Sequence record: PZ166175.1
Strand: one strand, 5' to 3'
Origin: a phage
DNA length: 44,735 nucleotides
Below, piece after piece: positions 1 to 7,305 of this stretch. Made by a program: the position numbers and the translations under genes. Below the pieces are notes generated by a model. The model was not told the origin of the DNA, searched no databases, and saw nothing but the letters and a program-made list of their open reading frames with translations. Each line of letters starts with the position of its first letter. The stretch's first letter is position 1.

Positions 1-1343
1 GTCAGCTTGTCGTTATCCGGCACGTATGGCTCTATCGGTGTTCGCATAACCCTACCTGCCGATTGAATCAGGCCGATACCAGACGCTTTCTTCTCGATGA
101 TGATCTTTCGGAGGATGCCATCTGACTGACTGGTTGCCCTTGATTTCTTCTCGAAGTCCAGCAGTTCTGATTCCAACTCTGGTGCCTCCCACTTACCTCT
201 GCGCTGGTCTATCAGGTAAATCTTAGCATCCTTATAGCCCCACAACTGAAGTACAGAGAAGTCACTATAACTCTTTGTAGTCATCGCAGTATCGCAAGTT
301 ATGAATCTGTAATCGTACTTGGCTGGGGGTCTGAATGTGTCGCTAATTCGCTGGAACCAATCCACGTTAATCAGATTTCCACCGAGCGCTACTGGTTCCT
401 GCTGATATTGACTAAGGAAAGTATATGGGTCACTATCCCACATTGCGACCAGGTCATGCACAGATTCCTTTCCTGGGAAGTAGCTGTAATACCTCACACC
501 ATCGCGCTCAACATATTCGCTTGATAGCACGTCATCAATGAATTGCTTTTTAATCCAGTCAGGTAGTGTGTCGATGTAATCTTCAGTAACCAGCGCTGGT
601 ATCTTCACCAAATCAAAATCAATACCCATACCTCCGCTAAGCATGAACCATGTTGAGTCATTGACGTGAAGTCGCTGCTGAATCTGTATAATTGGAGTTG
701 CCTTACCCTTTACAGAGCTTGCGCGGCGCGAACGAATGGTATTGCCAAGCAGTGTGTGACTCTTAGCTCTGTATACAGATGAAAACATCTCGTCTGGCTT
801 GTCGAAGTCATCCAGCATTACCGCGCCACTGTATGTGTCGGTAATATATCCACCACGCGTACCGGTAATTCTACCTCCTTTTGATGCTGATATGGACTCG
901 AATCTAACCTTTCCGTTGTCGTCAACTATCTGAATCTCGTCATCCTTATTTGTCCCGAACTTGCAAGGCCAAAGCTCCTGAAACTCCCTTGATGATATCA
1001 AATCACGAACTCTCTTAGAGTTGCGTTTCACGTTTGAGTCGGCGAAAGAGATATTAAGGTTGCGAACCTTCTTCAGCTTCAGCATCGAGTAGACGGGGAA
1101 GTGGATTGATGTGATTTCTGTTTTTCCGCTGCCCGGCGCTATGTTAATTATGGTATCTTTGCGCTCTCCGGCGATAATCTCGTCAATGATTCTGCACAAG
1201 TACTTGTGATGCCAGTTGGGGATGTATCGCTCGCCCTGGGTGATTTGGAACCAGCACCGAAGAAAACCCTCGAAGCTGTGCTCCGATATAGCCTTAACCG
1301 CCATCTTTTCCTGAATGGTCATTTCTTCCCATACTAAAGACAT
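1..1343 (-). CDS. terminase large subunit, N-terminal about 447 codons; ORF runs off the window start and continues in frame at 44513..44735
   Basis: ATG at 1341-1343 preceded by AAGAGGG RBS; Walker A-like IAPGSGKT; no stop codon before position 1; frame matches the ORF at the window end. Confidence 0.85.
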   Translation of the reverse strand, partial: MSLVWEEMTIQEKMAVKAISEHSFEGFLRCWFQITQGERYIPNWHHKYLCRIIDEIIAGERKDTIINIAPGSGKTEITSIHFPVYSMLKLKKVRNLNISFADSNVKRNSKRVRDLISSREFQELWPCKFGTNKDDEIQIVDDNGKVRFESISASKGGRITGTRGGYITDTYSGAVMLDDFDKPDEMFSSVYRAKSHTLLGNTIRSRRASSVKGKATPIIQIQQRLHVNDSTWFMLSGGMGIDFDLVKIPALVTEDYIDTLPDWIKKQFIDDVLSSEYVERDGVRYYSYFPGKESVHDLVAMWDSDPYTFLSQYQQEPVALGGNLINVDWFQRISDTFRPPAKYDYRFITCDTAMTTKSYSDFSVLQLWGYKDAKIYLIDQRRGKWEAPELESELLDFEKKSRATSQSDGILRKIIIEKKASGIGLIQSAGRVMRTPIEPYVPDNDKL

Positions 1344-1360
1344 GTTATACCCTCTTATTG

Positions 1361-1867
1361 TTATAGCTTACTAATTACGGACTCCAGCGCTTCCTTCATG
1401 CTATCAACGTCGTTAGCTGTGGAGTTATTGCTAATCTTAATCTCCTGCGGCTTATCAATCCCTAGCTCTTTACCAACAATCGTAGAGTTGATGATGCCTG
1501 CAACGCCAAGCTGGTATTTCTGCTCGTAGATTACGTTATCGATAAACTCCATCACGTCAGAGTATCCAGCCTCAGTACGCCAGCGAGCGAATCTATTTAT
1601 ATTAACTCCCATGAATAGCGCCAGGCCAGTTAAGGTGAACACTCGAGGCTTGTGCACTAAACTCTCGCTAACCACGCCCTGGAATGCCGCCGTCTCAATG
1701 GCTTTGATTGCCTCATTCTCAGCCCATGAAAAGTATCTCACTGCAAAGTCAAATACCTCCTCGGGAGTGTACTTGCGGTTGATTGCCACCATGGCAATAT
1801 CGCCATACTTCTTGTTGTATAGCGCCTTGAAATTTCCCTCACCCATCTTTAATGCTGCTTTGCTCAT
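1361..1867 (-). CDS. terminase small subunit (putative)
   Basis: 168-aa ORF immediately upstream of TerL on the same strand; RBS AAGGAGG before the ATG; assignment by position. Confidence 0.5.
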   Translation of the reverse strand: MSKAALKMGEGNFKALYNKKYGDIAMVAINRKYTPEEVFDFAVRYFSWAENEAIKAIETAAFQGVVSESLVHKPRVFTLTGLALFMGVNINRFARWRTEAGYSDVMEFIDNVIYEQKYQLGVAGIINSTIVGKELGIDKPQEIKISNNSTANDVDSMKEALESVISKL

Positions 1868-1884
1868 AAATCCTCCTTTGTTGA

Positions 1885-1905
1885 GGTCAGATTATACCAT
1901 ATTGC
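1885..1905 (-). promoter_or_regulatory. extended -10 promoter candidate (TGGTATAAT) for the terminase operon
   Basis: minus-strand sense reads TGCAATATGGTATAATCTGACC about 30 nt upstream of the TerS start, just downstream of a terminator hairpin. Confidence 0.4.
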
Positions 1906-1910
1906 AGACG

Positions 1911-1933
1911 AAAAAAAGCCCTCAAGCGAGGGC
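1911..1933 (-). terminator. rho-independent terminator (minus strand)
   Basis: GCCCTC-aagc-GAGGGC hairpin followed by a T7 run in minus-strand sense. Confidence 0.55.
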
Positions 1934-1979
1934 TAAAAAACAACGAGAGAAACCAAACTTAACGAGGGTATAACACTTT

Positions 1980-2177
1980 TTACTTTCGCTCACGAACGTA
2001 AGCTACCAGGAATTTGTGAGTATCAGGGTCAGCTCCTGACATCTCCTTTACTTTCGCTACCGCATCCTCAGCGCTGATTGCGGCAACTGACGCGATGTAA
2101 TCTTGAGTGCAGCTCTTACAACTGCGGCCCATTAAGCGAATGGACAACTTCACATCCCACAGGCTACTCATGGTCAT
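1980..2177 (-). CDS. hypothetical protein
   Basis: ORF track 1980..2243 with a likely internal ATG start; overlaps the upstream ORF end. Confidence 0.35.
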   Translation of the reverse strand: MTMSSLWDVKLSIRLMGRSCKSCTQDYIASVAAISAEDAVAKVKEMSGADPDTHKFLVAYVRERK

Positions 2178-2349
2178 TTGCTGATTCTTTTCCGAATAAG
2201 TGATCAAAACCATGCGGAAGATGCGCGGATACAGAAACTCCATTAAGTGAGCCTTTGACCACTCGGGTTTCCGTGAAGTCCATCTTTGCGTTAAACTTCT
2301 GAACGGAACCTGTTTCTGAATCTTTTACGATGAATGTTACAGTTTTCAT
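2164..2349 (-). CDS. hypothetical protein (61 aa)
   Basis: ORF track; same strand as flanking genes. Confidence 0.4.
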   Translation of the reverse strand: MKTVTFIVKDSETGSVQKFNAKMDFTETRVVKGSLNGVSVSAHLPHGFDHLFGKESANDHE

Positions 2350-2380
2350 AATTGAACTCCCTAGAGTTATTGGTTAAATT

Positions 2381-2458
2381 TGGCGCTCCGCACTGGATTC
2401 GAACCAGTAACCTACGACTTAGAAGGTCGTTGCTGCTATCCGATTGAGCTAGCGGAGC
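2381..2458 (-). tRNA. tRNA-Arg (anticodon UCU), with encoded CCA
   Basis: hand-folded cloverleaf: 7-bp acceptor stem GCTCCGC/GCGGAGC, anticodon stem ACGAC/GTCGT with loop CTTCTAA, T-arm ACTGG-TTCGAAT-CCAGT, discriminator G, CCA. Confidence 0.85.
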
Positions 2459-2462
2459 TTTG

Positions 2463-2495
2463 AATGAGTCCCGGTTATGATTCCGGGGTCGCCTT
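2463..2495. repeat. hairpin-containing direct repeat, copy 1 (TCCCGGTTA..TCCGGGG..GCCT)
   Basis: near-identical to 2545..2578; internal CCCGG/CCGGG inverted repeat; immediately 5' of the tRNA in tRNA sense. Confidence 0.4.
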
Positions 2496-2544
2496 TACGA
2501 CCAATTTACAAGATGACATAAATGCCACCCATATAAATCCCGGT

Positions 2545-2578
2545 TACGGCTCCGGGGCTGCCTGATACAGCCGATTAA
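2545..2578. repeat. hairpin-containing direct repeat, copy 2
   Basis: AAATCCCGGTTACGGCTCCGGGGCTGCCT matches copy 1 at most positions. Confidence 0.4.
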
Positions 2579-2818
2579 TATGCCTATTTGCGCTAGGTCT
2601 TGCAAGTCCCATAAGGGGGTGAGGTTTACGCCTTATCCTCTTGGTCCAACATTTCATCCAGTTTTAGGTCGGAATCACCTGCCGCATACGCTACTTAATG
2701 AGCTACGGACTTTTATTCTGCGCTCCGTGCGCCGTTGTGGCTTAGCCACCTCGTTTGTGCATGGCTTTATAGTAGTTAATGCCGCTCAGTGATGCAAGCT
2801 CTTTTTAAACAATCCAAT

Positions 2819-3058
2819 CTATTCGTACAACGATTGACCATTCTCATCATGACCAACACGACCCTTAAGATAACCGCTAGTCCAAACAAATCTGTCCCGA
2901 CTAATGATTGTGAACACTGGCTTCCACATCTTAGAAATCAATGCCGCAACCTGCTTATCGTCCTTGCGCTGCCTTGTCGATAGCTTGCTATACTCCTCGT
3001 TTAACTTTGCCGCTTGGCGTTTAACTGCGTTAAAGTGCGCTTCTGATAATCCGAACAT
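2819..3058 (-). CDS. hypothetical protein (79 aa)
   Basis: ORF track; start overlaps the stop of the upstream small gene (TAATG). Confidence 0.45.
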   Translation of the reverse strand: MFGLSEAHFNAVKRQAAKLNEEYSKLSTRQRKDDKQVAALISKMWKPVFTIISRDRFVWTSGYLKGRVGHDENGQSLYE

Positions 3059-3198
3059 TAATTCAACCCCCTGTTAAAGCTTGCAGTCACTTCCATCATA
3101 TCCCCATCGCAAACGAACTCGTCGCCATATTTCTCATTGAAGTAAATTAAATCATCCACAAACTCTTCTTCATAATAAAATTTACATGTGTTCTTCAT
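3058..3198 (-). CDS. hypothetical small protein (46 aa, MKNTCKFYYEEEF...)
   Basis: hand translation; RBS GAGATTGAGAA before ATG; promoter cassette immediately upstream; below the ORF-track size cutoff. Confidence 0.4.
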   Translation of the reverse strand: MKNTCKFYYEEEFVDDLIYFNEKYGDEFVCDGDMMEVTASFNRGLN

Positions 3199-3214
3199 TT
3201 CTCAATCTCTCGTT

Positions 3215-3276
3215 TTGTTGGTAATGTCATTATATGCCATTCGTGTCAGATGCTTTTAGCTATTCGTGCTATTTTT
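3215..3276 (-). promoter_or_regulatory. early promoter cassette (palindrome + 22 bp + TATAAT)
   Basis: minus sense: AAATAGCACGAATAGCTAAA, 22-nt spacer, TATAAT. Confidence 0.5.
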
Positions 3277-3392
3277 ATCTTCTCTCTCCTTCCATAGATT
3301 CATCAGTTAAAAGTACTGCATAGCCTCTTAGCCAGTCTTAGCCTCATCCATTATTCTTTTAGCCCACTGGCTTGGTAATTCGTAGTTGTCCA

Positions 3393-3554
3393 TTAGTAAA
3401 TTATTACCTCGTCTTTTGAGAGGTAGATATCTTCGCCATTCTTGTTCTTTACGATGTAGCAACTACCATCATCACTCATCTCTGCGAAGAACACATCGCC
3501 GCGCTGAATTAGCGCCACATAATCACTCTCGCCAACATAAACAACCTTAATCAT
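3393..3554 (-). CDS. hypothetical small protein (53 aa)
   Basis: hand translation MIKVVYVGESDY...; RBS AAGGTG; stop overlaps next ATG. Confidence 0.35.
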   Translation of the reverse strand: MIKVVYVGESDYVALIQRGDVFFAEMSDDGSCYIVKNKNGEDIYLSKDEVIIY

Positions 3555-3572
3555 AGAATCACCTTACTTAAA

Positions 3573-3692
3573 TTATAGTTCGTTAGAATGCGTTTTAGCT
3601 TCATCTACTGATGCCGAAATTATGTAAATAATGGCGAAGCCTATAGACCAAAGTAACCACGGTAGAGCCTCAGCAAAAAGCTCGTCTATCAT
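3573..3692 (-). CDS. hypothetical small membrane peptide (39 aa)
   Basis: hand translation MIDELFAEALPWLLWSIGFAIIYIIS...; one hydrophobic helix; weak RBS. Confidence 0.3.
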   Translation of the reverse strand: MIDELFAEALPWLLWSIGFAIIYIISASVDEAKTHSNEL

Positions 3693-3717
3693 TAACCCTG
3701 TGTGCGTATCGCCACCC

Positions 3718-3915
3718 TCAGATTTTGTTAAGTTGCTCAAGAATTTCGTATGCTAGCTCTCGGGCCTGCTCTTCGGTTAAGTGAATGGTGTGAACCTGAG
3801 GTTCATCTCTCATCCCACACGCCTGGGCAATAATGAATGTTGCGTAGCCATCGAAGTGGTTGGCCTGGAGCTTTGGTTCTGATTGTTGAAATCTCATTTC
3901 TTCTTCCTCGTTCAT
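3718..3915 (-). CDS. hypothetical protein (65 aa)
   Basis: ORF track; promoter cassette directly upstream. Confidence 0.5.
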   Translation of the reverse strand: MNEEEEMRFQQSEPKLQANHFDGYATFIIAQACGMRDEPQVHTIHLTEEQARELAYEILEQLNKI

Positions 3916-3980
3916 TTCGATGGGGTAACTATAGCAAGTTACCCCAATACTGTTTTAGCAATTAGTGCTATTTAGCATTC
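3905..3980 (-). promoter_or_regulatory. early promoter cassette
   Basis: minus sense: AAATAGCACTAATTGCTAAA, 22 nt, TATAGT, TACCCCATCGAAATG; box lies in a GGGGTAACT/AGTTACCCC inverted repeat. Confidence 0.5.
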
Positions 3981-4111
3981 TTTGACAACTTCACACCACT
4001 TAATAGTTCCCCCAAGAACCCTCTGCTGATCAAATGCTTCTTTAAAATCCTCATAAACCCGAACATGCTTCACGCTGTTAAATTTACCAGTGTTGTACGT
4101 ATGGATGTAAA

Positions 4112-4336
4112 TCATTTCTTTGTCACCTCATCCCAGTTAGTCAGGTATGCCGCATTAACGCTAAGCGCCTCGTATTTGCGTGATGACTCGAAGTCACTGA
4201 CGTCGAACTGCTGATTGTTGATCTGCTTAACTACCTCTTTTGCAACCGCGATATGCTCTGATGGCGTATGGTAGCTGAATTGAACAAAGCTCTTCAGGAT
4301 TACTGCGTCTTTCTCTGACAGGTTAATTGTAATCAT
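4112..4336 (-). CDS. hypothetical protein
   Basis: ORF track 4112..4375; start moved to the ATG with AAGGAAAA RBS (MITINLSEK...). Confidence 0.45.
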   Translation of the reverse strand: MITINLSEKDAVILKSFVQFSYHTPSEHIAVAKEVVKQINNQQFDVSDFESSRKYEALSVNAAYLTNWDEVTKK

Positions 4337-4346
4337 ATTGTTTTCC

Positions 4347-4451
4347 TTAGTTGTTGAAATACGCGTAAAACTCAAAATAACTCATGTATGATAAGAATCC
4401 AAAAATCAAAATAACCGTCAATACAACTAAAGCTTCAAATGACTTTGGCAT
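4347..4451 (-). CDS. hypothetical small membrane peptide (34 aa)
   Basis: hand translation MPKSFEALVVLTVILIFGFLSYMSYFEFYAYFNN; RBS GAGAGGAAG; cassette upstream. Confidence 0.4.
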   Translation of the reverse strand: MPKSFEALVVLTVILIFGFLSYMSYFEFYAYFNN

Positions 4452-4454
4452 TTT

Positions 4455-4528
4455 TTCTTCCTCTCGCTTGGTGTGGGCTAACTATAACAAAACCCGCCGG
4501 ACCGGGTTTAGCAATTCGCGCTATTACC
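4455..4528 (-). promoter_or_regulatory. early promoter cassette with terminator-like hairpin in the spacer
   Basis: minus sense: AATAGCGCGAATTGCTAAA, 22 nt containing a CCCGG..CCGGG hairpin, TATAGT. Confidence 0.45.
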
Positions 4529-4780
4529 ACCACTAATTGATTTAGACGATTCATGAATCATCTTCTGCCCGTAAAGCTCCTTAGATTTCTGTAATGAATC
4601 AATCGAGTCATTGAGGTCGGTAAGGTAACCCTTATGGCCTCGTAGCCCAAGGCACAATAGCTTCTTGATTGCGTGCTGAGTTGCCGGGTCTGCCACGTGG
4701 AATGCATCTAGAACGCGATATACATCCACCGTAGTTACTGTTCCATCCAGGCTAATAATTTTACGTTCGTACTTGCTCAT
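4508..4780 (-). CDS. hypothetical protein (90 aa)
   Basis: ORF track; ATGA start/stop overlap with the upstream small gene. Confidence 0.5.
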   Translation of the reverse strand: MSKYERKIISLDGTVTTVDVYRVLDAFHVADPATQHAIKKLLCLGLRGHKGYLTDLNDSIDSLQKSKELYGQKMIHESSKSISGGNSANC

Positions 4781-4860
4781 ATCTCAATCCTCGTTATTGT
4801 GCCGCCATGCGTATTAAGCATGAGTTTTGCGTATTTTTCGTCTACATAGTGCAGGAGCAT
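4777..4860 (-). CDS. hypothetical small protein (27 aa)
   Basis: hand translation MLLHYVDEKYAKLMLNTHGGTITRIEI; RBS AGGGGTG; ATGA overlap with downstream gene. Confidence 0.3.
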   Translation of the reverse strand: MLLHYVDEKYAKLMLNTHGGTITRIEI

Positions 4861-4972
4861 ATCAGCACCCCTGATGCTGAACTTATGTTCGTATATGGTC
4901 AATAAAATTCCTTTCGTGTGGTTGATATGGGGATTATACCAGTCAGGATGAATCCCCTTTTAACGAAAGGTT

Positions 4973-5077
4973 CTATTTGATAAACACCAGAAAAATAATC
5001 ACCAGGAGCAGGGTCGCCAATGATAATCCAAGCATCAACAGTTGCATCAACAGTTGCATCACATCAGATGACTTCAT
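4973..5077 (-). CDS. hypothetical small membrane peptide (34 aa)
   Basis: hand translation MKSSDVMQLLMQLLMLGLSLATLLLVIIFLVFIK; ATGA overlap with upstream gene; contains a 12-bp tandem duplication. Confidence 0.35.
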   Translation of the reverse strand: MKSSDVMQLLMQLLMLGLSLATLLLVIIFLVFIK

Positions 5078-5283
5078 ATCGCCTCCGCCTCGTACGCCGC
5101 CAGGATTAATGCCGCCGCCAGTTTGCGGGCTTGATCAGGGCTGTATCGCATAACCGTCTGGCCGTCTCCATTGTCGTAAGGATCGAAATCCAGATACACA
5201 ACCGCTCCTTGATCGGCGCTACCTATACTTACCTCAGCCCGATCAAAGCACTGATCTTCTACTAGAACAGCTTCCATAATCAT
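5074..5283 (-). CDS. hypothetical protein
   Basis: ORF track 5074..5331; start moved to MIMEAV... after RBS AAAGAGGAAA because the cassette box lies inside the longer ORF. Confidence 0.45.
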   Translation of the reverse strand: MIMEAVLVEDQCFDRAEVSIGSADQGAVVYLDFDPYDNGDGQTVMRYSPDQARKLAAALILAAYEAEAI

Positions 5284-5284
5284 T

Positions 5285-5356
5285 TCCTCTTTGTTTTCGA
5301 TGGGGTAATCATAGCTGACTACCCGATCCATTGTTTAGCAATTCGTGCTATTTACC
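5285..5356 (-). promoter_or_regulatory. early promoter cassette
   Basis: minus sense: AAATAGCACGAATTGCTAAA, 22 nt, TATGAT, TACCCCATCGAAAAC. Confidence 0.5.
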
Positions 5357-5441
5357 ACTCAGGAGTGATTTAGCTTTCCGGTAGAACTCAATGGCCGCTT
5401 CCACCTCTTCCTCGCTGTACCGCAAGTGGTATGGTAGTCTA

Positions 5442-5990
5442 CTACTTTGTTTTCTTAATCATTTCCTGATAAGCGTTAATCATTGTAACGGCGCCCTTAA
5501 GCTCTTCACCTTCCAAGCCCGCAACGCTTGGTGACAGCTTGAGTAGTCTAGACTTAAACTTTTCAATGATGGCCGCCTCTTTCTCTGCTTCCTGCTTCTT
5601 CTTCTCACGATTGCCGGTCCAGTGAGCGCCGTCCTCAATATAGATTACCAGGTATTTATCAGCACCATCGCCATCGAAATTACCCGGCCTGGTTTGCTCG
5701 CCTTCATCGTCAATCCAGATGAACTTGTAGCGCGCTCGCTTGTCGGCGTCTCGTAGTTCATTCATTCGCGACACGGTATTGTAGATGTACGAGTTCTTTA
5801 GTTCAGGCATCGCCCTGTCTGCCAGGTTTAGTATCTCGTCAGTCTCTTCGTCATACTCCATTTCGGGATATGGCTTGCCGCGAACAAGTTTGAATATCTG
5901 GCTTACCGGAACTTTGAACTCGCCGTTCTCAGACGCCATTGCGTTACGCACCATCTCACGGATAACTTCGCCAAGTGTTACTTTCTGCAT
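5442..5990 (-). CDS. hypothetical protein (182 aa), first gene of the leftward early operon
   Basis: ORF track; RBS GAAACGAGG. Confidence 0.55.
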   Translation of the reverse strand: MQKVTLGEVIREMVRNAMASENGEFKVPVSQIFKLVRGKPYPEMEYDEETDEILNLADRAMPELKNSYIYNTVSRMNELRDADKRARYKFIWIDDEGEQTRPGNFDGDGADKYLVIYIEDGAHWTGNREKKKQEAEKEAAIIEKFKSRLLKLSPSVAGLEGEELKGAVTMINAYQEMIKKTK

Positions 5991-6287
5991 GTTGATACCT
6001 CGTTTCGTTTACTTCGTTTCAGTGATTGCCATCTTGCCACTTGTTTACGTGTCGGTCAACGTATTTTTATGTCTATTCCATCGCGTATACGTTTTTTCGG
6101 CCTTCAAGGTAGCGTCAGCACTGGTTGTAAACGCGCCGTATCCCCTGTATACCGTTTTTGAGGGTACTTTCCTATATATGTGCCTTTTTATTCCTACAAT
6201 GTCATCCCTTTCCTACAAGTGTCAGAATATCTGCGCGGAACATATCAATTATCTCACCAATGATCGGTATACACAGTATACATATAT

Positions 6288-6308
6288 ATAATAATAATAA
6301 TAATAATA
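6288..6308. repeat. (ATA)7 microsatellite inside a block shared with 24125..24187
   Basis: ataataataataataataata read directly; paralogous block has (ATA)5. Confidence 0.8.
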
Positions 6309-6519
6309 AAGTAAAATGTTGATATATATAGATATTATATTGTATATCGTGTGTATATCTCGCGTAAAAACGTAGGTTAGTGTTCGCTAACTTTTGTGAC
6401 GACACTGAGTATACATGGGTTACGCGTATGCGAAAAATGGCCCGGCAAGAATAAAAATCAACTTGTATGGTAGTCCTTCAATCCTTCATTCACTCACCCA
6501 CCACTTCATTTCACTTTTC

Positions 6520-6605
6520 GCAACAATCAAAAACATCATTGCATCTGAAGCAATATTGCTATATGTGCAATAATCACGTGAATCATTGCAATATCTGCAA
6601 CAATA
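6520..6605. repeat. iteron-like array, five GCAAYAAT copies plus GCAATATTGC and CACGTG palindromes
   Basis: gcaacaatc, gcaatattg, gcaataatc, gcaatatct, gcaacaata within about 85 bp of non-coding DNA. Confidence 0.5.
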
Positions 6606-6616
6606 CATAAATCTTA

Positions 6617-6691
6617 CGAATAGCACTTTTTGCTAAAGACATTAGGGTCTGGTGGGGCTATAGTTAACTCACCAACAGCGAGGGTGTAGAT
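6617..6691 (+). promoter_or_regulatory. early promoter cassette (plus orientation)
   Basis: AATAGCACTTTTTGCTAAAG, 23 nt, TATAGT, then RBS and ATG at 6692. Confidence 0.5.
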
Positions 6692-6889
6692 ATGAAAGTA
6701 AAGGTTATTGAGCTTGATTTCTGTGGTGATATTTATGATGACGAGTATGAGTACTATGGCATCAATCAAGGAGGTGTGCATGAAGTGGTAACTACTTATC
6801 CGGACTTTGAGGCAATTGTAGTGGTTAACAAGTATGGCCGTAATGTTATGCTCTACAATAGAGAGGTTGAAATCTATGAAGAAAAATAA
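6692..6889 (+). CDS. hypothetical protein (65 aa)
   Basis: ORF track; cassette upstream. Confidence 0.5.
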   Translation: MKVKVIELDFCGDIYDDEYEYYGINQGGVHEVVTTYPDFEAIVVVNKYGRNVMLYNREVEIYEEK

Positions 6890-7055
6890 AGATGGATTAC
6901 GTCACGAGTGCGCACTGATTGGGCTTAACGAAGATTACACAGACCTTGTGGTGCGCGGAAAGTTGGACATAGATTTGGCTAAGCAATTCCAGTCAGAGGA
7001 TGAATTCCTGTGCTGTGATGGACTTGGCTGCGTAGAATGTTTGCCATTTATTTGA
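6876..7055 (+). CDS. hypothetical protein (59 aa, MKKNKDG...)
   Basis: ORF track 6834..7055; start moved to the ATG after GAGAGG. Confidence 0.4.
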   Translation: MKKNKDGLRHECALIGLNEDYTDLVVRGKLDIDLAKQFQSEDEFLCCDGLGCVECLPFI

Positions 7056-7065
7056 GGATTGAGAT

Positions 7066-7305
7066 GTGAAAATTCGCTGCACTAACTGTATCACCAGCAC
7101 CGAAAATAAAGTATTAACTCCATTCGTAAAAGGATCTGTATACGACGCTGAGCCGCTAATGATTAGCGGCAAGGTAATACAGAACGAGTGGTTGATTAAT
7201 GGCGCTGAGCGACCGCACAAGAACGATTCTGGCTGGATTGCCATTGCAGGATGGAATGTTGTGATGTTTATCCCTGGAATTGCAACTTTTGACGAGGTGA
7301 AATGA
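7066..7305 (+). CDS. hypothetical protein (79 aa), GTG start
   Basis: ORF track; Cys-x2-Cys at N-terminus. Confidence 0.4.
   Translation: MKIRCTNCITSTENKVLTPFVKGSVYDAEPLMISGKVIQNEWLINGAERPHKNDSGWIAIAGWNVVMFIPGIATFDEVK

Noticed and set aside
1611-1973. 120-aa plus-strand ORF overlapping TerS
   Set aside because: Antisense to the terminase small subunit gene and runs through the terminator/promoter region.
2381-2818. tRNA-associated attachment site or integrase, as in temperate phages
   Set aside because: No integrase, excisionase or repressor-like gene anywhere in the window; the gene content fits a virulent T1-like phage.
5785-6405. ORFs 5785..6291 (+) and 6202..6405 (-) across control region A
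   Set aside because: They run through the AT-rich repeat and microsatellite region with low-complexity translations; the region behaves as regulatory DNA.
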